Source of the DNA: Candidatus Fermentibacteraceae bacterium
GTDB lineage: Bacteria > Fermentibacterota > Fermentibacteria > Fermentibacterales > JCC-6
DNA: 64,000 nucleotides
Assembly (NCBI GenBank): GCA_041750285.1
Contig: JBGSZS010000018.1
Span: forward strand, 306,329-370,328
Reading direction: 5' to 3'
A model generated the notes under the pieces. It did not search any database and had not been told where the DNA came from. It was given only the letters and a program-made list of their open reading frames with translations. Position numbers and translations under genes: made by a program. How positions within the stretch are numbered: position 1 is the stretch's first letter; each line of letters starts with the position of its first letter. Positions 1 to 8,071 of the stretch are shown one piece after another.

Positions 1-180
1 GACTCCCGTGCGGGTGTCGCTGGAGATCCCGAGATCTGTGAACAGGCCGACGGCAAACTTGCCCGCGCCGAACGTCCGGGCATCGGAAATCCTGTTGAGT
101 CCCCGTACACCCCACCATGAAGGAAGGGCGGCGGCTGTTCCCGCAACGAGAACAAGCATGATGAACAGAACACTGCGCAA
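1..180 (-). CDS. Exported/outer-membrane protein, N-terminal part (truncated by window edge)
   Basis: Manual translation from TTG at 180: MRSVLFIMLVLVAGTAAALPSWWGVRGLNRISDARTFGAGKF...; signal peptide, GAGAGGGG RBS; not in ORF track. Confidence 0.7.
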   Translation of the reverse strand, partial: MRSVLFIMLVLVAGTAAALPSWWGVRGLNRISDARTFGAGKFAVGLFTDLGISSDTRTGV

Positions 181-247
181 AATCGTTTCCCCTCTCTAAA
201 GTGATATCTGGCAACAACATAGTAATTACATACCAGAATAACGTGTT

Positions 248-276
248 ATTATAGGTCTTGGCATATGTTCTGTCAA
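248..276 (-). promoter_or_regulatory. Consensus sigma70 promoter
   Basis: TTGACA (276-271), 17-bp spacer, TATAAT (253-248) on the minus strand. Confidence 0.85.
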
Positions 277-299
277 ATGAAGGCTTCCGAGGCACCGCA

Positions 300-1424
300 T
301 CATGCCGCAGGAATCCTCCCTCCCGGCAGTGTCAGGGTGAACGAGCCGCTGCTGATCCACGATCTGAGAGTTTCGGCGATCTCAACGGCGCCCGGGCGGC
401 TCGACAGGTTGTAGGAGGGCACTGTTCTGCCCCCCAGATCGATCGAACCCCGGAGAAGGTCGGCGCAGGAAACCAGTCCCAGCGTGCCGGGCGAGTTCTC
501 AGGGTAGCTCACACCGTAGTCGACGACCGGTGAGAGTATCATGTCGTCCGAAACACCCGTGAATGCAGCCATCTCTTCATCCAGGATCGGGATGGGAACC
601 CCGATTCCCACCATCAGGGAGACACCGTACCCCGCCAACACCACGGGCCGAAGCCACCGTGAGTTCATCCCGCAAAGATCGCCCCTCACCGAAAGGGTTC
701 CGGCGCCACAGAGAGGCAGGCCTCCCGCCCCGCTCGGAGGTTCGGGGTCGTGCTGAGTCCCGCAGCCCATCACATACCCCGTCCCACCGCCGAGGAAGAT
801 CCTTGTACCCACTCCGATCGTCCTGAAGAAGGGGTCGTTGAGCATGGGCGAGTACTCGCCCGCGCTGGAGAAACCCGCGTTGCCCAGATGGGGCCGCAGC
901 GTTCCAAGGTAAGTCCTTATGGTCCTCCCGGTGGTGTTAACGGCAACGTTGTAGTTCTGGTACGCGTTGCGGAAGTTGAAGAGCTCCGCGCTCCTGAAAT
1001 CGGGAAGAGCCATGGTCATGTCCATCGTCTTCCTGGGATAGCAGTCCGAACCGTGGCCGGACCCGGTGAGCCTCACCCTGTCCCCCCGCACGAGATCATG
1101 GATAACGTGCGCACCACCGTAGTCTTCCCTTTCCCCCCTGGCGGTCGCGCCAAGGAACAGGTCGACCGCCGCTATGCCGGCGTACGCAGGAACTCCGTTC
1201 AGGAAGGCCTCGCGAAAGTTTATCCTCGGGCTCGTGTGACCCGTGTTGAGCAATACACCGCTGGAACACATGGCGCCGAACGTCGCCGTCGTCACTACAT
1301 CGACCGCCCTCGCCGCGGCGCCGGCACCCCGTTCCCGAACCAGCAGGGTCATCTCGCCAGCGGTGAGGACCACGGCATCTCCCCTGACGATCCTGTCGTT
1401 TATCTCTTCAAGGCTTTTCGCCAT
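300..1424 (-). CDS. Homocysteine biosynthesis enzyme (DUF39, L-aspartate semialdehyde sulfurtransferase type)
   Basis: VDVVTTATFGAMCSSG, YGGAHVI, GSDCYPRK, RNAYQNY, SPMLNDP, GIGVPIP motifs; start MAKSLEE overlaps the upstream stop (TGATG). Confidence 0.9.
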   Translation of the reverse strand: MAKSLEEINDRIVRGDAVVLTAGEMTLLVRERGAGAAARAVDVVTTATFGAMCSSGVLLNTGHTSPRINFREAFLNGVPAYAGIAAVDLFLGATARGEREDYGGAHVIHDLVRGDRVRLTGSGHGSDCYPRKTMDMTMALPDFRSAELFNFRNAYQNYNVAVNTTGRTIRTYLGTLRPHLGNAGFSSAGEYSPMLNDPFFRTIGVGTRIFLGGGTGYVMGCGTQHDPEPPSGAGGLPLCGAGTLSVRGDLCGMNSRWLRPVVLAGYGVSLMVGIGVPIPILDEEMAAFTGVSDDMILSPVVDYGVSYPENSPGTLGLVSCADLLRGSIDLGGRTVPSYNLSSRPGAVEIAETLRSWISSGSFTLTLPGGRIPAA

Positions 1425-2143
1425 CACGCCTCCTCCATCCGCAAATCCCCCCAGACGCCAAGGCACCCGCCTGCACAGACCACCAGGGCCTTGAGCCTTC
1501 GTCTGCAGGACTCGAGTGAGATCACCCTCTCCACATCGGTCTCCGACCTGAGAGTATTGGCAAGTGCCGTGGCTGCGGCATCGGCCATGGCCCCCGAGGG
1601 ATGAACCGCGGTGACCGAGTCTGCGCTGCCGAAGGAGAAGGAGGGACCCATCCTGCCGCTGGAGGTGCACACAGCCATCCCCCTGCTGCAGTCAACGCTG
1701 AACGCCAGGTTACCCCTGAAGGGAGAGTCCTCGCCGGGGTACACATAAAAGCGCAGCCTGCCCGGATGGACGGCCCACACGTCTCCCCCGTTCTCGACGA
1801 TGACGGTGCGGGAGAACAGCCGGAGCTGTTCCCCCACACCCTGTGCCACTGCGCCGGCAACCGCCGCCATCGGTCCCGTACCGAAGGCTTCGGCAGCCGC
1901 CTCCATCTCCCGGGCAATACCACCTTCAGGTGATGTTACCACGGGAACCATTGTCTCCCCGAAAACCGGGAATGCCCTCATGTGGGCCTCGATGTCACGC
2001 CTGCACCTGGCAAGGGCCTTCTCGGTGAAGCCTTTCATGGGCTTCGAGGCGTGGATCTCGAGGTCGCTCTCCCCGAGGACCGTTTTCCAGGCGTACAACT
2101 TTCCGCCTGCGGTCCAGCCGCGATAGAATCTTTGGGTGTACAA
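1424..2143 (-). CDS. UPF0280/COG2122 ApbE-superfamily protein
   Basis: GPMAAVAGAVA, IVENGGD, CTSSGRMGPSFSFGSAD, ADAAATALAN motifs. Confidence 0.9.
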   Translation of the reverse strand: MYTQRFYRGWTAGGKLYAWKTVLGESDLEIHASKPMKGFTEKALARCRRDIEAHMRAFPVFGETMVPVVTSPEGGIAREMEAAAEAFGTGPMAAVAGAVAQGVGEQLRLFSRTVIVENGGDVWAVHPGRLRFYVYPGEDSPFRGNLAFSVDCSRGMAVCTSSGRMGPSFSFGSADSVTAVHPSGAMADAAATALANTLRSETDVERVISLESCRRRLKALVVCAGGCLGVWGDLRMEEA

Positions 2144-2221
2144 CTTTTGTCTCCGCTGGTTAAGTCGTTTCCCTGTCTGCCTGCCACCTGGCCGTGAAGG
2201 CCCCCGAAGGAATGACCGCCG

Positions 2222-2320
2222 TCACCCCTTCAGGGGCCCGGGCATTGTCATGTGCACGCAGTGGGAATCCAGCGCAAAGGCAGGGAAGTGGCCGCAAAGC
2301 CCTTTGATCAGAAGCATCAT
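2222..2320 (-). CDS. Possible 32-aa leader ORF
   Basis: GGAGGTG RBS then ATG; MMLLIKGLCGHFPAFALDSHCVHMTMPGPLKG*. Confidence 0.35.
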   Translation of the reverse strand: MMLLIKGLCGHFPAFALDSHCVHMTMPGPLKG

Positions 2321-2333
2321 GCACACCTCCCTG

Positions 2334-2366
2334 AGAAAAGAAAAACCGCCCTATGCATCAGGCGGT
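2334..2366 (-). terminator. Intrinsic terminator of riboswitch expression platform
   Basis: ACCGCC-UGAUGCAUAG-GGCGGU followed by UUUUCUUUUC. Confidence 0.8.
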
Positions 2367-2370
2367 GAGT

Positions 2371-2467
2371 TGCAGGTATTTTTCGTTTTCACGCACATCG
2401 GCCTGAGCCTTGCCACCGTGGACCTGCAGTCTCGGTTGGCGACCCCCGAAGAGGTCTCCTGATGCAC
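2371..2467 (-). ncRNA. SAM-I/IV-type riboswitch aptamer
   Basis: GCAUCAGGAG...GCCAACC...GGUGGCAA...GAUGU core; P2 GACCUC-UUCG-GGGGUC; P4 GGC-UCAG-GCC; P5 CGU-GAAA-ACG; P3 loop UGCAGGU complementary to 3' ACCUGCA; upstream of homocysteine genes. Confidence 0.8.
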
Positions 2468-2471
2468 GCCT

Positions 2472-2500
2472 ATTATTCCCCGTGATCCCGGCAACGTCAA
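2472..2500 (-). promoter_or_regulatory. Sigma70-like promoter driving riboswitch leader
   Basis: TTGACG, 17 bp, AATAAT; predicted +1 falls at the P1 5' strand. Confidence 0.65.
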
Positions 2501-2613
2501 CACCTCTTGCGCCCCGAAAGCGGATGTGCAATGATACATTCATCTCCGCTGGTTCTTCCGGGTTCCCGGAAGCGTTTCCGCATTTCACCCAGAATCTCTG
2601 AAAGGCTTTGTCC

Positions 2614-3489
2614 ATGCGAATTGCGGAAATCTATGGCGGAGGCGGTCCGGTATTGTCACTCGAGGTCTTTCCTCCCAGACCGGGCTACCCCATCGATTCG
2701 GTTTTCAAGACATTGAACGGCCTGGCGGACCTGTCCCCGGGCTTCATCAGCGTCACGTACAACCCACAGGGCGACAACGGCAGCCGCACCGAAGAGATCG
2801 CCTTCCGTATCAGGAGGGACTACGGGCTGGAATCGCTTGCCCACCTTACCTGCCTGTCCCATGGAAGGACCGAAATAGGGGATATCCTAGACAGATTGAA
2901 CGGTGGCGGTGTGGAGAACGTCCTGGCACTAAGGGGCGACCCTCAAAAGAATGCACCAGGAACCGGGACTGACTTCAGATATGCGTTCCAGCTCATCCGG
3001 GAGGTGAAAAAAAGGGGATGCTTCTCCGTGGGAGCGGCGGCGTACCCCGAGGGACACACGGAATCGCCCAGCATCCACGGAGACATCGACAGGGTGAAGC
3101 AGAAGGTGGATGCGGGAGCCGATTTCCTCATAACACAGATGTTCTTCGACAACAGGGTATTCTTCGACTTCCTGCACAGGGCGCGCTGGCGGGGGATAGA
3201 CGTTCCCGTGATACCGGGCATAATGCCCGTTCTCAACTTCCGGCAGATCAAGCGTATCATATACATGTGCGGGGTGTCGATCCCCGCCAGGCTTCTGAGG
3301 ATATTCGAGAGGCACGGCGGTAACAGCGGAGACCTTCAGAAGGCGGGAATGGAGTACGCGGTGGAGCAGATCGCCAACCTTCTATCCCACGGAGTCCCGG
3401 GGGTTCACCTCTACACGATGAACCGGGTTGATGAGACACGAAGGATAGTCGCCGACTGCGGTATCGAGTCGATGGAGTCAACCGCATGA
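2614..3489 (+). CDS. metF: 5,10-methylenetetrahydrofolate reductase
   Basis: SLEVFPP, LAHLTC, LALRGD, AAYPEGH, ITQMFFD, HLYTMN. Confidence 0.95.
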   Translation: MRIAEIYGGGGPVLSLEVFPPRPGYPIDSVFKTLNGLADLSPGFISVTYNPQGDNGSRTEEIAFRIRRDYGLESLAHLTCLSHGRTEIGDILDRLNGGGVENVLALRGDPQKNAPGTGTDFRYAFQLIREVKKRGCFSVGAAAYPEGHTESPSIHGDIDRVKQKVDAGADFLITQMFFDNRVFFDFLHRARWRGIDVPVIPGIMPVLNFRQIKRIIYMCGVSIPARLLRIFERHGGNSGDLQKAGMEYAVEQIANLLSHGVPGVHLYTMNRVDETRRIVADCGIESMESTA

Positions 3490-4058
3490 TGGTGCGGGTC
3501 CTTCAGCCGCCGGGCCCTCTTCCGGATGTGGACAGGGTGCTCTGGCGTTCCGGAACCCCTCCTTCCAAAGCGGGGCGCGACCTCGAAACAAGGGCGCAGG
3601 AAGCCGTTTCAGATCTCGCGGGTTTTATGAGGCCGCGCGTCGGGATACTCACGGGCAGACGGCTTCCGGCATCAATTGAAGGCTGCTTCGCGCATCACCT
3701 GGGCGGGACTGGGGATGTCACAGTGCTGCTGGCAACCCTGGGGCAGGGGGTTGATGATCATATTGACCTTCTCCTGAGCCGGAAGGAAACGCTCAAGGCA
3801 CACATGTTCAACTCCGCCGCAAGCGAATCGGTCGAGCTCCTGGCAGCCTGGGCACAAATGCAGGAGGCATTGGCGCACCCTGGCATGGATCCCACGAAAA
3901 GGCTCGCACCGGGGTACAACGGAGTGCCTCTCGAGGTGCAGCCCTTGGTGGTGGGGCTTTTCCCGGGGCTTGGCGTCACCTGCACCGAGAGCTGCTACCT
4001 GGTTCCATCGAAAACATTGACGGGAGTATGGGGATGGGTGCTGCGAAAAGGCTTCTAG
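3486..4058 (+). CDS. Stand-alone methionine synthase activation-domain protein
   Basis: ATLGxGVD, RLAPGY, LVPSKTLTG motifs; lies between metF and metH. Confidence 0.75.
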   Translation: MMVRVLQPPGPLPDVDRVLWRSGTPPSKAGRDLETRAQEAVSDLAGFMRPRVGILTGRRLPASIEGCFAHHLGGTGDVTVLLATLGQGVDDHIDLLLSRKETLKAHMFNSAASESVELLAAWAQMQEALAHPGMDPTKRLAPGYNGVPLEVQPLVVGLFPGLGVTCTESCYLVPSKTLTGVWGWVLRKGF

Positions 4059-6364
4059 AATTACTTTCGTGGAGAGTCGTTTACCTCGACGGAGCAATGG
4101 GCACCATGCTCATGAACAAAGGAATGCCCCCGGGCGCGTGTCCCGAAAGATGGGCCGCCGATAACCTGAAAACGCTCGCGGACATTCACGAAAGCTATGT
4201 CCTGGCGGGAAGCGACGTGGTCCTTTCCTGCACTTTCGGGGGAACACGGTCAAGGCTGGGAGAGGCTCCGGAAAGGCTGAACTCCGTTCTTGCGGAGTGC
4301 CTGCTGGAGGCTCTGGAAGGCAGGGCGATCCCGGCGGCGAGCATTGGACCAACCGGCATCATGATGCATCCTTTGGGCGGATTGAGATGGGCGGATGCCT
4401 ACAACGAGTTTCACGCACAGGGAAAAGCGCTTGTCGATGCCGGCATCGAGGTGTTCTTCCTGGAAACGTTCTCGGACCCGAGGGAGCTTAAGGCCGCTGT
4501 ACTCGCCGTGAGGGACGCCTGTCCCCACGGTTTCATAAGCGCCCAGATGAGCTTCGGGGAGGACGGTTTCAGCATGACCGGAACCTCCGCGGAAGCCCTT
4601 GCGGCGTTCACGGAACAGCTCCCGGCCGACGCGGTTGGCGCCAACTGCTCGGTGGGTCCCGATTCACTGGTCTCGGTTGTCAGGGCCATCAGAGCCAACA
4701 CCTCAAAGCCTGTCTCGATTGAACCGAACGCAGGAATGCCCGACAGCTCGGGGAGGCACGGCATGTCCCCCGGGGCGTTCGCGTCGCGGTGCGAAGACCT
4801 GGTGTGGAGCGGGGCTTCAATGATAGGCGGTTGCTGCGGGACCGGACCCGAACACGTACGCGCGATGCGTGCGATTGTGGGGGACAGGGAAAGCGGGAAA
4901 GCCCCGGACCCTCTTCCCCGCCTTCTGACATCGATGACCGCCGTCGTACCCCTTGGCGGGGAACTTGTGATCGTTGGTGAAGGAATCAACCCAACGGGCA
5001 GGAAAGGGCTGAAGAAAGCGATCCGCGAGGGTGAGACCGGGTTCGTCCTCTCCGCTGCCGCAGCTCAACCCGCAGCCCGGGTGCTCGACATCAATCTGGG
5101 ACTGGAGCGGATGATCCCCGATGGGTTCGTTGCCGATCTTTTCGCCGGGCTGTGCACGGGACCGCCGATATCGGTGGACCTTTCCGATCCCTGGAACATC
5201 GAACTCGCCTTCAGGGAACTCGGGGGGGTGGGCATGCTGAACTCGCTGACCTGCGATCCCGATTTCATTGGGCAAAGGGTCGGAAGTCTGCTTCGCCACG
5301 GTGGCTACGCCGTTCTTCTGCCCATGGGGCCCGATGGCATTCCTGAATCACCCGGCGGCCGTGTAGCCATGATCGAAAAGGGTATGGCGGTCCTTTCCGA
5401 ACACGGCTTTCCCGCCTGGAGGGTGATCGCGGACCCGGTCGTGCAGTCCCTGGCTTCGGGAGCCGATCCCGCACTGACGCTTGGAACCCTTGCGCTGATG
5501 AAGAAAAAACAATGGCTGACCATCGCCGGCGTGTCGAACGTATCCCACGGGCTGCCCGGAAGACGTGCGGTTAACATGGCCTTCCTTTCCCGCCTGGCGG
5601 AGGGTGGGCTGGACCTTGCGATCGCGGACGCCACAAGGCCCGAGACTCTGCTTGCCGCAAGGGGCGGGCAGGTCCTCGGAGGAAGGGTGCCTGCAGTCGG
5701 GGACATCGAACTGACGGAAGATTCCCCCACGCAGGCCGGGTCACTCGAGGAAGCCATCATCCGGGGAGATGTCAGGGAAACCATCGGACAGGCTGAAAGC
5801 CTTCTGGCTGGTGGGGAAAAACCCTCGGTCCTGGTCGAAGGACACCTCCGGAATGCCATGACTAGGCTCGGAAGGCTTTACGAGCAGAAAAAGGCGTTCC
5901 TGCCCCATCTCATAGCCGGAGCAGAAGCCGCCCGGGTGCTTACCGGGATAATCGGTCCACTTCTGAGAACAGGCCGGGATAGATCCCGCGGCACGGTGGT
6001 GCTGGCAACCGTGCAGGGCGACATTCACGACATCGGCAAGAACCTCGTGGCCCTGTTCCTCGAGGGGGCAGGATACGATGTCATTGACCTTGGAAGGGAC
6101 GTTCCGGCAGCGCGTATCGTCGCAGCCGCAAGGGAACCAGGAATCGTCGCCGTTGCTCTGTCAGCCCTGATGAGCAGTACGGCTTCGCGGATGGAGGAGG
6201 TCGTCGGGCTCATGCGTGAATGCGGGCTGATAACCCCGGTCATAATCGGCGGTGCAGTGGTTACCGGCGAGTTCGCCGCCGGAATGGGGGCCCTGTACGC
6301 ACGGGAGGCCTTCGGAGTCGTAAGGGTCCTGGAAGATGCGGCGCTGCCGGGGAATAACTCCTGA
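4028..6364 (+). CDS. metH: B12-dependent methionine synthase (Hcy-binding, pterin-binding, B12-binding domains; no fused activation domain)
   Basis: LDGAMGT, GANCS, GGCCGT, GEGINPTG, GVSNVSHG, GDIHDIGKN. Confidence 0.92.
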   Translation: MGMGAAKRLLELLSWRVVYLDGAMGTMLMNKGMPPGACPERWAADNLKTLADIHESYVLAGSDVVLSCTFGGTRSRLGEAPERLNSVLAECLLEALEGRAIPAASIGPTGIMMHPLGGLRWADAYNEFHAQGKALVDAGIEVFFLETFSDPRELKAAVLAVRDACPHGFISAQMSFGEDGFSMTGTSAEALAAFTEQLPADAVGANCSVGPDSLVSVVRAIRANTSKPVSIEPNAGMPDSSGRHGMSPGAFASRCEDLVWSGASMIGGCCGTGPEHVRAMRAIVGDRESGKAPDPLPRLLTSMTAVVPLGGELVIVGEGINPTGRKGLKKAIREGETGFVLSAAAAQPAARVLDINLGLERMIPDGFVADLFAGLCTGPPISVDLSDPWNIELAFRELGGVGMLNSLTCDPDFIGQRVGSLLRHGGYAVLLPMGPDGIPESPGGRVAMIEKGMAVLSEHGFPAWRVIADPVVQSLASGADPALTLGTLALMKKKQWLTIAGVSNVSHGLPGRRAVNMAFLSRLAEGGLDLAIADATRPETLLAARGGQVLGGRVPAVGDIELTEDSPTQAGSLEEAIIRGDVRETIGQAESLLAGGEKPSVLVEGHLRNAMTRLGRLYEQKKAFLPHLIAGAEAARVLTGIIGPLLRTGRDRSRGTVVLATVQGDIHDIGKNLVALFLEGAGYDVIDLGRDVPAARIVAAAREPGIVAVALSALMSSTASRMEEVVGLMRECGLITPVIIGGAVVTGEFAAGMGALYAREAFGVVRVLEDAALPGNNS

Positions 6365-6417
6365 CACAGTGGTGTTTCACCTGAGTGGTGTTGATCGCAA
6401 CTGGAGACGGAGGTCTC

Positions 6418-6831
6418 ATGAAGGCAATGTTGTTCCTGATCGCGGCATCCTCACTCCGGGCCGGCACGCCGCTGTCCATACCCGAGATAATCGCCCTTGA
6501 GGGTGAGTTCGCCTTCACCGACGGATCATCGGTCTACACATTCTCGGAAGACGGAACTTTCCTGATGGAGCCCCTCTCCCTGAGCGGCAGGGCGATCGAA
6601 GGACGATGGACCTTCGAGAGCCAGGGGCTTTTCCTGATCACGGGGGTGTGGACGTGGTACAATGGCATCTCGGTTCCCGATGACTTCAGAAGGATGACCA
6701 TGGCAGTCACCCTGATACCCGGTGAGCCCGCCACCGTGCAGACGATATGGAGTGGTTCCTCCGCAAGGCTCTACCAGGTGTACTTCACGATCGATGAAGT
6801 CGCAGGGATCGATTCCCTGCCCGCACGGTGA
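6418..6831 (+). CDS. Hypothetical exported protein
   Basis: GGAGG RBS, signal-peptide-like N-terminus. Confidence 0.6.
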   Translation: MKAMLFLIAASSLRAGTPLSIPEIIALEGEFAFTDGSSVYTFSEDGTFLMEPLSLSGRAIEGRWTFESQGLFLITGVWTWYNGISVPDDFRRMTMAVTLIPGEPATVQTIWSGSSARLYQVYFTIDEVAGIDSLPAR

Positions 6832-6844
6832 GTGGAAGCCGGCC

Positions 6845-7180
6845 TCACGGAAGCGTGTCGTCCGGCTCCCAGAGACACTGTGCCAGGTCGACTTTGCCCC
6901 GGATGGTGAAAGGCGTTCCCTCGCTTCGAAGCATCGATTCCTGCAGAAGGTGCTCATCGGCATCCTCGAACGAACTCCTCGTCGGGATGCGGCCGTCCGC
7001 CCCCACCACGCGGTGCCACGGTATCGACACTCCCGGCGGCGTGCTTCGCAGTGCATAGACCACCATGCGGGCGGCTCCGGGCCGCCCGAGGAACCGCGCT
7101 ATCCCTCCGTAGGTCATGACCCTGCCCCGGGGTATCGAAAGCACAACCGAATGGACGAGCCTGAAGAAGTCCCCCGGCAT
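6845..7180 (-). CDS. Alkyltransferase-like (ATL/MGMT family) protein
   Basis: IPRGRVMTYG, ARMV, PWHRVV (Trp in place of catalytic Cys). Confidence 0.9.
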   Translation of the reverse strand: MPGDFFRLVHSVVLSIPRGRVMTYGGIARFLGRPGAARMVVYALRSTPPGVSIPWHRVVGADGRIPTRSSFEDADEHLLQESMLRSEGTPFTIRGKVDLAQCLWEPDDTLP

Positions 7181-7524
7181 CACAGGTTCCTCAGAACCCA
7201 GAACGCGGTGATCACAAGAGCGAACCCCGCCCCCCAGAGGGGCGACCGGCGCAGGTGCCCCTTCAGAAGGATGGCGAAAGGAGCCAGGATCGCCAGGGTT
7301 GTCGACAAAGGATTGTGGCGGAATGCGTCGGACACCCTCAGGTTCAGGAGGTCGTGCATGGCCCTGAGGCTTCCGCATCCCGGGCAGAGAAGCCCCGTGA
7401 CGGCGTGGAAGGGACAGAACAGAGGCACATTCCAGCCCCCGGGGTCGTGCCCGGCCAGGAACACCGCACCGGCTGCAACAATGATCCCTCCCGCGGCTAG
7501 AAGAGCTTTCTCAGGCTTCCGCAC
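7180..7524 (-). CDS. DUF2752 membrane protein
   Basis: CPFHAVTGLLCPGCGSLRA...NPL motif. Confidence 0.85.
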   Translation of the reverse strand: MRKPEKALLAAGGIIVAAGAVFLAGHDPGGWNVPLFCPFHAVTGLLCPGCGSLRAMHDLLNLRVSDAFRHNPLSTTLAILAPFAILLKGHLRRSPLWGAGFALVITAFWVLRNL

Positions 7525-7931
7525 ATGAGCCCGTATGACAGGTATGTCAGCATGGTGATGACGAATCCCCAGATGAGAAGGGCTTTGGTCCGTTCCGAAG
7601 CTGCCCTTGCCTTCCCATACTCGCCCGACTTCAGCAGCGCGTCGACCTGGGTCGCGCTTATCACGGCGGCTATGCCGAAGGGCAGACAGCAGAAAGCCGT
7701 CATCAGAACCGACAGCACGATGTGGCTGGGTACCTTCGGGGGAGCTTCCCGGTGGACGGGAGCAGCTTTGGGACGGCAATACGTGCAGGTCCCGTCCGGA
7801 TTGAGAGGCGCCCCGCAATCCCGGCACTTGCCGCCATTTACCCTCTGAATGGCCGGTCTGCCGCACTTCGGGCAGACGCTGGCACTCGTGGAAACCATGT
7901 TCCCGCAATCGGGGCAGGTGACGAGCGGCAA
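7497..7931 (-). CDS. Zinc-ribbon + CD225/dispanin family protein
   Basis: Multiple CxxC pairs, then FCCLPFGIAAVI...GxYxxARxAS. Confidence 0.85.
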   Translation of the reverse strand: MPLVTCPDCGNMVSTSASVCPKCGRPAIQRVNGGKCRDCGAPLNPDGTCTYCRPKAAPVHREAPPKVPSHIVLSVLMTAFCCLPFGIAAVISATQVDALLKSGEYGKARAASERTKALLIWGFVITMLTYLSYGLMCGSLRKLF

Positions 7932-8019
7932 TCAAACCCTCCTGTCTGCGTTCGTGGGATTATCTGGAATGGACGGCACGGCAGCAAGCCAGGGACCAGG
8001 GGCCCGCCCCGGTTATCGG

Positions 8020-8049
8020 AAAACCCCCCGGGCAGATTGCCCGGGGGGT
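8020..8049 (-). terminator. Intrinsic terminator
   Basis: CCCCCCGGGCA/TGCCCGGGGGG hairpin with U-tract on the minus strand. Confidence 0.7.
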
Positions 8050-8071
8050 GAAAAGACAGGGAACGCAGGCG

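Noticed and set aside
750..1604. Long plus-strand ORF
   Set aside because: Antisense shadow of the DUF39/COG2122 genes, expected in GC-rich DNA
1425..1670. N-terminal extension of the 456-aa ORF at 300..1670
   Set aside because: Overlaps the COG2122 gene in another frame; family similarity begins at MAKSLEE
2505..2613. Possible second riboswitch ahead of metF
   Set aside because: Only short hairpins; no SAM, SAH or cobalamin consensus recognised
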